A DNA stretch of 64,000 bases from a candidate division FCPU426 bacterium. Its GTDB lineage: Bacteria > Oederibacteriota > Muellerivitia > Muellerivitales > Muellerivitaceae. The position numbers were made by a program, and so were the translations under genes. Below, one piece after another: positions 31,613 to 40,150 of this stretch (the stretch's first letter is position 1; each line of letters opens with the position of its first letter). The notes below the pieces were generated by a model that was given only the letters and a program-made list of their open reading frames with translations, ran no database searches and had not been told where the DNA came from. The stretch lies in contig CAVTWJ010000009.1 of NCBI GenBank assembly GCA_963738405.1, positions 310,580 through 374,579 on the forward strand, in the 5' to 3' direction.

Positions 31613-31972
31613 ATGGCTGATTTCGTGTATTTATTCTGGAACCAAAGGGAAGACCAAAAACGGATGGCGCAAGCCACGCCGGAAGAAAAGAAGGCCATCA
31701 CCCAGCGCTGGATGAAGTGGCTGGGGGATTTGAAGGACAAGGGGCATGTGAAGGATTTGGGCGCGCCGCTGGAATTTACGGGCAAGACCCTTCAAGGCCC
31801 CCAGAAACAGGTCACCGACGGCCCCCACCCCGAAGCCAAGGATGTCATCGGCGGCTTTTCACTTATCACCGCCAAAGACCTGGATGAGGCGGCAGAGCTG
31901 GCCAAGGGCTGTCCTATCCTTGAATTGGGCGGCCGGGTGGAAGTAAGGCCCATCCGCCCCATGCAATCCTAA
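31613..31972 (+). CDS. YciI/DGPF-family protein
   Basis: VTDGPHPEAKDVIGGF, VEVRPI. Confidence 0.9.
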   Translation: MADFVYLFWNQREDQKRMAQATPEEKKAITQRWMKWLGDLKDKGHVKDLGAPLEFTGKTLQGPQKQVTDGPHPEAKDVIGGFSLITAKDLDEAAELAKGCPILELGGRVEVRPIRPMQS

Positions 31973-32006
31973 TCGTTCAAACCCTTACGAGATAAAGGAG
32001 ACTCAA

Positions 32007-32351
32007 ATGAAGAAATTCCTGTACCTGTTCTGGAACAAACCGGCCGATTGGAAAGCCCAATCGCCTGAGCAGATGGAACAACGCATGCAGAAGTGGATGA
32101 AATGGATGGATTCCCTCAAGGCCGCCGGTCATTTCAAGGGCGCGGGCGAAAGGCTGGAGGATGGTGGAAGCGTGGTGCGGGGCAAGGCCAAAACCGTCAC
32201 CGACGGGCCCTACGCCGAGGCCAAGGACACCATCGGAGGCTATATCGTGGTGGAAGCCAAGGATCTGGCTGAAGCAGTGGAGCTTTCAAAAGAGTGTCCC
32301 GTGCTCGAAGGCGAAGGCCTGGTTGAGGTGCGCCCCATCGCTTCGATGTAA
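32007..32351 (+). CDS. YciI/DGPF-family protein
   Basis: VTDGPYAEAKDTIGGY, VEVRPI. Confidence 0.92.
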   Translation: MKKFLYLFWNKPADWKAQSPEQMEQRMQKWMKWMDSLKAAGHFKGAGERLEDGGSVVRGKAKTVTDGPYAEAKDTIGGYIVVEAKDLAEAVELSKECPVLEGEGLVEVRPIASM

Positions 32352-32372
32352 GGTTTTGCCTAAAATAACGCC

Positions 32373-33647
32373 ATGAGCGACATACCTGGTTTAGTGGACC
32401 ATCTTTTCCGCCGAGAGTCGGGGAAGATGGTTTCTTATTTAACCCGCGTTTTCGGCTTCAGCCGGCTCAATATGGCTGAGGACGTGGTGCAGGATACCCT
32501 CATCAAGGCCCTGGAGGTCTGGCCCTTCCACGGCGTGCCCGACAACCCCTCGGCCTGGCTCATGCGGGCCGCCCGCAACCGGGCCATCGATATCATCCGC
32601 CGAGACAGCCGTTTCAAGCTTGCCGCGCCCGAACTCGCCCACCTCCTCAGGCTCCGGGAAGAGGAAAGCGGGGAGGTGCCGATTCCCGACCAAGAAATCC
32701 AAGACGCCCAGCTTCGAATGATGTTCTCCTGCTGCCACCCGGACTTAACCGCCGACTCCCAGATCACCTTGATTCTCAAGACCCTCTGCGGGTTCAGCGT
32801 TTCGGAAATCGCGCAAGCCCTCTTGAGCCGGGAAGATTCGGTTGAGAAACGCCTGGGCCGCGCCCGCAAGACCCTTCGCGATTCCGGCACCTTTGTCGAA
32901 CTCACCGAAAATTCCGATATTCCCAGCCGCCTGGAGGCGGTATATCAGGCCCTCTACCTGCTTTTCAACGAGGGCTACCACGCCAGCCGGTCCGACCGCA
33001 AGGAACCCGAAGACTTATGTTATGAAGCCATCCGGCTGACACTACTTCTCGGCGAGCATCCCCAAGGCCAGAAGCCCAAAACCTTTTCCCTTTTGGCCCT
33101 CATGTGCCTGCACGCCGCGCGCCTGCCGGGCCGCACGGCTGACGATGGAAGCCTGATCCAGCTTGAATTTCAGGATCGCGCTAAATGGGACAGGTTCCTT
33201 ATGGGCCAGGGGTTTCATTATCTTGAAAAGGCAAGGGAAGGGCATTCCGTCAGCGAATACCTGGTGGAAGCCAGCATCGCCGGGCTCCACTGCGAGGCCA
33301 AGACCTATCAGGAAACCGAATGGGGAAGAATTTTGGAACTTTACGACCTGCTATACCACCTGAAACCCTCACCCGTGGTGGGCTTGAACCGGGCCATCGC
33401 GGTGGGTAAAGCCAAGGGGCCCGAGGAAGGGTTGGCCGAACTGGGCAGAATTACCGACGCCGGGAAGCTGAAGGACTATCCCTTTTACCCGGCGGCTTTT
33501 GGGGAATTCCATTTACTGGCGGGAAGGCATGAAGAAGCGGGGAAGCATTTTGAAAAGGCCATGGGCCTGGCAAGAAATGAGCACGAGCGGGACTTTTTTG
33601 AAAAGAAGAGAGGAGTTCCCTCAAACCGAATTTCTGAAAAGGACTAG
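32373..33647 (+). CDS. ECF42-group sigma factor (paralog B)
   Basis: DHLFRRESGKMVS, AEDVVQD, PDNPSAWL, LRMMFSCCHP, LYLLFNEGY, LNRAIA. Confidence 0.92.
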   Translation: MSDIPGLVDHLFRRESGKMVSYLTRVFGFSRLNMAEDVVQDTLIKALEVWPFHGVPDNPSAWLMRAARNRAIDIIRRDSRFKLAAPELAHLLRLREEESGEVPIPDQEIQDAQLRMMFSCCHPDLTADSQITLILKTLCGFSVSEIAQALLSREDSVEKRLGRARKTLRDSGTFVELTENSDIPSRLEAVYQALYLLFNEGYHASRSDRKEPEDLCYEAIRLTLLLGEHPQGQKPKTFSLLALMCLHAARLPGRTADDGSLIQLEFQDRAKWDRFLMGQGFHYLEKAREGHSVSEYLVEASIAGLHCEAKTYQETEWGRILELYDLLYHLKPSPVVGLNRAIAVGKAKGPEEGLAELGRITDAGKLKDYPFYPAAFGEFHLLAGRHEEAGKHFEKAMGLARNEHERDFFEKKRGVPSNRISEKD

Positions 33648-34003
33648 GTGGATATCCGGTTAAAAGATTTTTCCTCGGGCAGGTTCGAAAGATAGTTTTT
33701 CAAGGTGTTTTCGTCCTCCGCCTGCATGGCCTCAAAATGAAGCCCCCCGCCGGCGCCGTTGGTCCAGACCACCTCGGCATAGGCTGAAATCATCCGGGAT
33801 ATTTTGGGAAGGGTCAGGTCCATTCGAATGAGGGCGCCCTTTACCAGGGCCTGATCGGACGCCAAAAATAAGCCTCCCAAACTCACGTCCAGGGTATGGC
33901 TGAACCGTTCCTTTTGCATTTCCCCAGCTTTGTATTTAACAGGTAACTGGAGCGAAGTACGGGGATGGTGTCTTCGTTCGACGGGTTTATCGGCTTGAGG
34001 CAT
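33644..34003 (-). CDS. stand-alone PilZ domain protein (c-di-GMP receptor)
   Basis: RxxxR (RRHHPR) and DxSxxG (DVSLGG) motifs. Confidence 0.85.
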   Translation of the reverse strand: MPQADKPVERRHHPRTSLQLPVKYKAGEMQKERFSHTLDVSLGGLFLASDQALVKGALIRMDLTLPKISRMISAYAEVVWTNGAGGGLHFEAMQAEDENTLKNYLSNLPEEKSFNRIST

Positions 34004-34220
34004 TTTGAATTCCTTGCTAGTTAAGTGGTTGAAACATTTCTTCGTTGTATAGCGATGGATCGGAAAGGAAACCATGAAAAAATGCTTCATGTTCTCCCGA
34101 TTCTGTTTTTTTCTTCCAAACTGTCATTTTGCGCGGCGATGGGCGACTGGGGAAACAGCTTAAACCCTAAAAGTTTCGATTTCGGAAAAACGATTTGGAA
34201 AACACCAAGGCCGGCAGTTT

Positions 34221-34248
34221 AAAAAACCCATCCCTGGAAAAGATGGGC
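34221..34248 (-). terminator. intrinsic terminator after the micropeptide ORF
   Basis: Minus strand: GCCCATC-ttttccag-GGATGGGTTTTTT. Confidence 0.7.
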
Positions 34249-34277
34249 TGGACAAAAAAATATCAGATGGGTGCGGA

Positions 34278-34319
34278 CTATTTCTTCGCGGTCTTTTTCT
34301 TAACGACTTTCTTCGCCAT
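34278..34319 (-). CDS. 13-aa lysine-rich micropeptide MAKKVVKKKTAKK
   Basis: AAGGAGGT RBS 5 nt before ATG, TAG stop, own downstream terminator; below the ORF-track length cutoff. Confidence 0.6.
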   Translation of the reverse strand: MAKKVVKKKTAKK

Positions 34320-34592
34320 GAGGAACCTCCTTCTTAGCTAAGTTACATTCACCTTAACAGATTAAGGGACCGAGCAGGGGAATCATTAGGGACGGGCCCC
34401 AGGGATTGCCCTTAGCCTTAAAGCAGTGTCTATCCCAAGTCCATTCCGATTTTAATTTTTTGCTAGTCGCTTTCAGAAAGGTGGAAATCAGGACTGAATT
34501 TTTTCGTTAGGCCCCCAAGCCGAACGTTCAAATAAACTAGGTGCCATAGAATCCTTTAGATTGTTCGCTTATCAATTATGCACATTTTTACT

Positions 34593-36170
34593 TCAATCCA
34601 GCACTGCGATGCTTTCGGGTTTTCCGGGTTTTAGCACATTGTGGGTAGGCAAAAAGAAGGCGGGGATCAGCGCCAGCATGACAATGCCGGCTCCCACTAG
34701 AAAAGCATCCTCAAAACCGGCTACGGCGGTCATCTTGAAAATTTGCCCCGCCACCACCGCGCCCGCGCCCCGCATGGAATCCACATGCGAAAGCCCCAGG
34801 CTGTGAAGTCGATCCGCCACCCCCGCCAAGGTCCTTTGAGAAGTCGGGGTCATTGGGCTCCAAGTGGCGGCCGCCAAACTTTGATGAAAAATCGTGCGAT
34901 GGTTTAAAAGGGCGCCCAAAAGCCCGATCCCCACCGAACCGGCCACCTGCTGGGTCAGGTTCATCATGGCGGAAGCCATGCCGGCCTTTTCCTTGGGGAT
35001 ACAGTTGAGGGCGGTGACCATGACGGGGGTAATGAGAAGGGCGATGGCCACGCCCCGGATAAGGGTGGGTTCAATCACATCCCAGATGCTGGTGTTGATG
35101 TCGAGCGTCCGGTAGGTGTACATGAAATAGGCGATGCCCAACAACCCGACCAGGGAAGGCCAGAGGGGGCCGATCTTGTCGCTCAACTTTCCGGCGAGGG
35201 GCATGAAGATGGCGATCATCAATGAGCCCGGAAGCAAAATCAGCCCGCTGTCGATTTCGTTGAATCCCATGATTTGCTGAAGAAACAGCGGAAGCAAAAA
35301 GACCCCGCCGAAAAGGGCCAGGGACCTGGCGGAAATGACCAACATGCAGGCGGCGTATACGGGCGATTTTAGAAGCCTTATATCCAAAATGCCGTGGGGG
35401 GTCAGGCTTTCCACCACCGTGAATCCGACAAAGCCCGTAAAGGCCAGGGCCCAGCAGGTATAGATGTAACCAGAAGACCATCCTTTTTCTTCCCCCTGGC
35501 TCAAGGCCAGCAAAAAGGTCACCAGGAAGGTGGAAAGAAAAAGAAAACCCCACAGGTCAAAGGGATGCTTAAAGCTGTGCTCGGAGGGTTTATCCTCGCG
35601 CAAAAGGGCCAGGGCCATCAATACGGCCAGAATGCCGACCGGAAGGTTGACGGTAAAGATCGAACGCCAGCCGAACTGGTTGGTCAGGTAGCCCCCCAGG
35701 GTGGGGCCGAAGGAGGGGCCCACAATGACCCCCACGCCCCAATAGCCGATGGCCTTGCCCCTTTCGGCGGGCTCGAAAACCTCGGCGATCATGGCCATGC
35801 CGGTGGGGGTAATGGCGCCCCCGCCCAGGGCCTGGATGACGCGGGCCGCCACCAATGACGGAAGGTTCCAGGCCATGGCGCAAAGAAGCGAACCCAAGGT
35901 GAAAACAAAAAGGCTGATCACGAAAAGCCGCTTGTAGCCTATGTGTTCCCGAAGCCAGGCGGTCAAGGGCATGAGGGTAGCGAAGGCCAGCATATAGCCC
36001 GTGACGACCCATTCAATGTCGGTAACGGGCGAGCCGAAGTCGGCCATGATATCGGGAAGGGAAACGTTGACGATGCTCTGGTCCAATGCGGCCATGAGAG
36101 TGCCGATCATGACCACCCCCAGCACTTCCCACTTATAGGGAATACCTGTGACGCCGGGGGTGTTGTACAT
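34593..36170 (-). CDS. DHA2 (EmrB/QacA-type) MFS efflux permease
   Basis: MAALDQSIVNV.LP, WVVTGY, RVIQALGGG, GPTLGG, WRSIF.VNLPVG. Confidence 0.92.
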   Translation of the reverse strand: MYNTPGVTGIPYKWEVLGVVMIGTLMAALDQSIVNVSLPDIMADFGSPVTDIEWVVTGYMLAFATLMPLTAWLREHIGYKRLFVISLFVFTLGSLLCAMAWNLPSLVAARVIQALGGGAITPTGMAMIAEVFEPAERGKAIGYWGVGVIVGPSFGPTLGGYLTNQFGWRSIFTVNLPVGILAVLMALALLREDKPSEHSFKHPFDLWGFLFLSTFLVTFLLALSQGEEKGWSSGYIYTCWALAFTGFVGFTVVESLTPHGILDIRLLKSPVYAACMLVISARSLALFGGVFLLPLFLQQIMGFNEIDSGLILLPGSLMIAIFMPLAGKLSDKIGPLWPSLVGLLGIAYFMYTYRTLDINTSIWDVIEPTLIRGVAIALLITPVMVTALNCIPKEKAGMASAMMNLTQQVAGSVGIGLLGALLNHRTIFHQSLAAATWSPMTPTSQRTLAGVADRLHSLGLSHVDSMRGAGAVVAGQIFKMTAVAGFEDAFLVGAGIVMLALIPAFFLPTHNVLKPGKPESIAVLD

Positions 36171-36187
36171 CAGGAAACCTCAACCCA

Positions 36188-36344
36188 TTCACCACCAAGG
36201 CACCAAGACACCAAGGAAGGCATATGATTAATCGGCACCACAAAAAAATGTCTTTTTGGTTTTGTTGTCATACATAAAAAAGTTTTTCTTGGTGACTTGG
36301 TGCGATGCAAGCCCGTCCCCAAGGGGGACGCATCGTGGTGGTAA
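36188..36344. repeat. palindromic element of 8-bp CACCAAGR units with a nested hairpin
   Basis: Left arm CAC-CACCAAGG-CACCAAGA-CACCAAGG; right arm CTTGGTGACTTGGTG[cgatgc..gcatcg]TGGTGGT. Confidence 0.65.
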
Positions 36345-36378
36345 AAATCTTTTTTGTTTGAAGTTTTAAGAAAATGCA

Positions 36379-37248
36379 TTAGTGAACCTTGATTTTAATT
36401 TCAACCGACTGCCCGGCCTTCAAGACCCGGTCGGGATGGGGGTCCAGGGTCACCTTGACCGGGACGCGCTGGACGAGCTTAATGAAATTGCCTGAGGCGT
36501 TTTCCGCCGGAAGAAGAGCAAACTGAGAGGCGGTGGCGGCGGTGACTTCGGCCACCTGGCCGGTCAAGCTGCCCCCTTCGTCCACGCGAATCGTTACCCT
36601 TTGGCCGGGCTTCACGTCGCCCACGTTGGTTTCCTGGATATTGGCGGAGACCCAGGCGTGGTCCACGTCGGCGATCACCAAGGCTACCTGCCCCGATTCC
36701 AGCAAATTGCCCTCGACGCCGATTTTTTCAATCACGATGCCGTTGACCGGACTTTTCAAATAGGTGTGGTCCAGGGCGTTCTGGGCCAACTGCAAATCCG
36801 CCTGGGCCGATTGGGCGCCCGCCTGGGAGGCCTGGTAATCCCGGGCGGCGAGACCGCCCTGTTTGAAAAGTCGGTCAGCCCTGGAGGTATCGGACGAGGC
36901 CAGGTTTGCCCGGGCCTGGGCCTTCAAAAGCTGGGCCTGATAAATGGTGTGGTCCAATTCGGCCAAGACCTGCCCCTGGGTGACCGGGTCTCCCTCGGCC
37001 ACGTTGATTTTTAAAACCGTCCCGGTCACGCCGTCGGGCGCGACCCGCACCAGATTCTCGGCCACCCGGGCGTCGTCGGTGGAAACATAGGGCCGATAGA
37101 AGAAAAACCAAACGACCATGCCGATTAGAAAGGTGGCCAAAAAGGCCCAACCCACCCTTTGCGCCATTTGGGATTTCCACCAGGGGGCCGCTGGCGCGGG
37201 ATGGGCCTCGGGATGGGACGATTTGTTTTTATGCGGTTGGAGGCTCAT
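36379..37248 (-). CDS. EmrA/HlyD-family membrane fusion protein
   Basis: VSTDDA, SQFALLPAENASGNFIKLVQRVPVK. Confidence 0.92.
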   Translation of the reverse strand: MSLQPHKNKSSHPEAHPAPAAPWWKSQMAQRVGWAFLATFLIGMVVWFFFYRPYVSTDDARVAENLVRVAPDGVTGTVLKINVAEGDPVTQGQVLAELDHTIYQAQLLKAQARANLASSDTSRADRLFKQGGLAARDYQASQAGAQSAQADLQLAQNALDHTYLKSPVNGIVIEKIGVEGNLLESGQVALVIADVDHAWVSANIQETNVGDVKPGQRVTIRVDEGGSLTGQVAEVTAATASQFALLPAENASGNFIKLVQRVPVKVTLDPHPDRVLKAGQSVEIKIKVH

Positions 37249-37691
37249 GCTTTCTCCTTGGATAGATGTTGAGTTATTTTTTGAAGGGTTTGGGTGAAAT
37301 TCTTTTTTTCACCTGACGACAAAGTTTCCAGCGCGACTTCGGATAAAAGCCGGTAAATTTTTTCGATCTCCGCGGCGAGTTTTTCACCCTTGGGGGTAAG
37401 CGAAAGTTCCCAGCGTCTTTTATCCGTGGGGTGTTCCCCCTGGCGCAAAAGGCCTTGCTTCAAAAGCTGGTTCACCATTTTGGTCATGGCAGCGGGGTCC
37501 GTCAGGGTATCCCGGGATAGTTCGGCCGGGGAGGCCTTTCCCCGTTTTGAGAGAAAGCGCAGGATCGGGGCCTGTTTGACCCCCAGCCCCAAGGGACGGA
37601 GGGCGTTATTGAAATGAAGGCTTAGGGACCTTCGACAGCGGCCAAAGGCCTCCAAGAGTTGCAGGTCTGAATGGGTGGAAGTTGATTTCAT
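37245..37691 (-). CDS. MarR-family regulator
   Basis: Winged HTH, L.KQGLL.....TDKR...L.LT.KG; start uncertain. Confidence 0.9.
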   Translation of the reverse strand: MKSTSTHSDLQLLEAFGRCRRSLSLHFNNALRPLGLGVKQAPILRFLSKRGKASPAELSRDTLTDPAAMTKMVNQLLKQGLLRQGEHPTDKRRWELSLTPKGEKLAAEIEKIYRLLSEVALETLSSGEKKNFTQTLQKITQHLSKEKA

Positions 37692-37717
37692 GGACATATC
37701 CATAATGGATGTATCCA
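37691..37717. promoter_or_regulatory. tandem palindromic operator, probably MarR
   Basis: TGGACATATCCA-taa-TGGATGTATCCA abutting the marR start. Confidence 0.6.
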
Positions 37718-37757
37718 CTAAAATCAAGGGGGGCGAAAAATAGGTTGGCTGGTGACC

Positions 37758-38366
37758 TCAGGCCGTGGGCCTGTTGGAACAATCCTGGCAATAGCTATGG
37801 TCTACATGGAAATCAAAATCCCCATCGTCGACGGCCATAGAAACGTTATGGCTTGGACAAACCTTAGCCTGGGTATAGGCCTGTGCCCCGGCGGAAGATG
37901 CCCCCGGAAGAATGGGCTCGTCATCCTTGCATCGCAACATCTTCGCGGCGCTTTGGCGAACCGCCTTGTAATAGTAGCCCTTGTTCTCGGAGATGGCTTT
38001 GAGGAGCGACTGGGCAAGGGTTTTGTTCGTGATTTGCTTGGCGGCGGCAAGCCGTAGCCAGCAAACCCGGCCTTGGACGGCAATGCTGGTATAGGTCAAT
38101 TGCGCTAAATGGGAGTCGTGAAGTTTTTTTGCCGCCATATAGCGGACCGTATCCAAATGGTCGTGGCCCACCAGGGTTTCCAGAAGCGACTGGGAAAGCC
38201 TGGTATCGTATATTTTCTCCGCGGCGGCGATGCGCACGAACCCATCCGGATCGGTTTGGGCTATTTCGACTAGTTTTTTTTGTTCCGTGATGGCTTTGAT
38301 GGCGGCCAGGCGCTCCCGGTGGCCGGTGGGGATGGTTTTTTTCTTAAAGAGATCGAGAATCGACAT
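37758..38366 (-). CDS. HEAT-like repeat protein with a C-terminal Cys/His cluster
   Basis: ~30-aa repeats VRxAAAxKI/L..LxQ; CPSH..HSYCQDC. Confidence 0.55.
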   Translation of the reverse strand: MSILDLFKKKTIPTGHRERLAAIKAITEQKKLVEIAQTDPDGFVRIAAAEKIYDTRLSQSLLETLVGHDHLDTVRYMAAKKLHDSHLAQLTYTSIAVQGRVCWLRLAAAKQITNKTLAQSLLKAISENKGYYYKAVRQSAAKMLRCKDDEPILPGASSAGAQAYTQAKVCPSHNVSMAVDDGDFDFHVDHSYCQDCSNRPTA

Positions 38367-38510
38367 GGAGCCCCCTCAGGCCGATCCAAAAAGGATGGCC
38401 CGAATCGTCTACAAACGTAAACATGATGGGTGATGGATCTTCAATCCCTCTATGACCTTCTTCACATAAGCTTCTTTTTTGGAACCGGAAATGGGGATCG
38501 CCTGGGAAAG

Positions 38511-38975
38511 TTATTTGCTGTCGCGTGAAAAGAAAGGAACTTCCAGCCATTCCAACGCTTCCCGGCGGGTGGAAAAGTCGGAAAAATAGGCCGTATGGTT
38601 GGCCATGATGTGCTTCGCGTTGACGCCGATACTTTTGAATTGCAACAGGGTGCGGGTTTGTTTCGAGAATCGGGCCGACATGATCAATCCACGTTTGATC
38701 GCGTAGCAGGTGTATTCGTCTTGAAGAATCTCCCGCACTGCCGGGAGGAGTTTTGGAAAATCGGTAAGGTCGTTCAAGACTTTAAAGGGAACCAACCCCT
38801 TTTCGCTGATTTCATCCACGGAGGTTTGAAATATCTTGGAATATTCCTCCGCCTCTTTTTCGGTCCACTGACCCGTCAATTTGATTTCAAGCAACCGGTG
38901 CTTTAAATTCACCCGGGTGTAAAATTTTTCTTTGGTCGACGTCATAAGAACAAACCCTTCAATAGAGGTTTCCAT
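38511..38975 (-). CDS. hypothetical protein, possibly SpoIIAA/STAS-like
   Basis: L.GQW....A, VLNDLTDF and F.TRREALEWL pattern; AT-rich surroundings; start uncertain. Confidence 0.45.
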   Translation of the reverse strand: METSIEGFVLMTSTKEKFYTRVNLKHRLLEIKLTGQWTEKEAEEYSKIFQTSVDEISEKGLVPFKVLNDLTDFPKLLPAVREILQDEYTCYAIKRGLIMSARFSKQTRTLLQFKSIGVNAKHIMANHTAYFSDFSTRREALEWLEVPFFSRDSK

Positions 38976-39342
38976 ATATAAATATTTTATGGGTTCCGAT
39001 GACCGATATATAAAACAAATACATTTTAAATAGGTTAAAGGGTGCCATGAGAATGAATGGTTTGTTGGGCGATTGTTTTCATGCCGAAATGGGCACAAAC
39101 GTTAAACCCGTTGATCGAACTGCGAAGGTTTTTCCGGAGGTTCTTTTTGGGCGGGGTTTGATTTTTTGGGGGAGGGATCGTTGCCGGTCTGTTTTTTCAA
39201 TTCTTTCTCGCTTTGATTCAGTTCATTGTAAAGCTCGCGGGACTTTTGTCCGAAGCGTTTGCGGCGGGTACGGACGATCCAGGGCCTCTCCGATGGAGAA
39301 ACAGGATCTACAGGCGGGAAAGGGTCTTCGGATGAAATGGGC

Positions 39343-39804
39343 CTACTCCTCTTCTTGGGTCAAAAGCCTGGGGCCGGGCCCCTTGGCGCGGAGCACGTCG
39401 AAGGGATTCCTTAGGGGGCAATCCCTTAAAGAAAGACACCCGCAGCCGATACAGCTATTGAGCTGGTTCTTCAGCTTCGTCAACTGGGTGATGCGGTCCT
39501 CCAGGTGTTTTTTCCACTGTTTTGAGGCGATTTTCCAATCGCCGGTGGTGGCCTTCTTATCTTTGGGCAGGTGGTCCAGGCAGTTTTTAATTTCGGTCAA
39601 GGAAACGCCCAGGCCCTGGGCGACTTTGATTAAAGAAACCCGCCGTAAGACCTCCCGGCCGTAACGCCGCTGGTTACCGCTGTTGCGGACGCTCTTGATG
39701 AGACCCTTGGTTTCGTAGAAATGCAGGGCGGAGACGGCCACGCCGCTGCGTTTGGAAAGCTGACCGACGGTGAGTTCCTGCCATTGGGCGAATGGATTTT
39801 TCAT
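39343..39804 (-). CDS. soxR: redox-sensing activator SoxR
   Basis: RSGVAVSALHFYE.KGLI.S.RNSGNQRRY; [2Fe-2S] motif CIGCGCLSLRDC. Confidence 0.96.
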   Translation of the reverse strand: MKNPFAQWQELTVGQLSKRSGVAVSALHFYETKGLIKSVRNSGNQRRYGREVLRRVSLIKVAQGLGVSLTEIKNCLDHLPKDKKATTGDWKIASKQWKKHLEDRITQLTKLKNQLNSCIGCGCLSLRDCPLRNPFDVLRAKGPGPRLLTQEEE

Positions 39805-39813
39805 CTTTACCCC

Positions 39814-39844
39814 TTGACCTCAAGTCTACTTGAGGTTTTAGAAT
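39814..39844 (+). promoter_or_regulatory. SoxR-activated promoter with sox box
   Basis: TTGACC-19 nt-TAGAAT containing CCTCAAGT-CT-ACTTGAGG (39818-39835); the E. coli sox box is CCTCAAGTTAACTTGAGG. Confidence 0.9.
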
Positions 39845-39908
39845 CCCGCCAAGTTAAAAGACGCCTTTGAAAAGGTGGAAAGACCCTATTTAAAAAAGTT
39901 TTTGAGCC

Positions 39909-39935
39909 TGTCGGGTTTTGCCCTTTCCGTTCGTC
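39909..39935 (+). promoter_or_regulatory. ECF42-type promoter P6
   Basis: TGTCGG-N17-CGTC; downstream GAAGCCGA as after P2. Confidence 0.6.
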
Positions 39936-40150
39936 GAATAGATGGAAGCCGATATTGGATGCGTGAAACCGGTAAATTAAAGGATTCTTAACGGAATGGA
40001 CCTTGGTTTTTGACCGAGTCTCCATTACATTCCCAACCGAATTCTTTTTAGACAAAAGAGGATTCGGGGGGATCTGTCTTTCGTGACGGCCTTCCCCGAA
40101 ACGAAAAAGGGGGCATGCCAGTGAAAGCAAAACGCGAAACGAGGAAAAAG

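Noticed and set aside
34530..34546. Minus-strand TGGCAC as a sigma54 -24 element (also near 39046)
   Set aside because: No GC at the -12 position.
39047..40130. ORFs 39047-39664 (+) and 39807-40130 (-)
   Set aside because: They overlap soxR or its promoter region and show no motifs or RBS.
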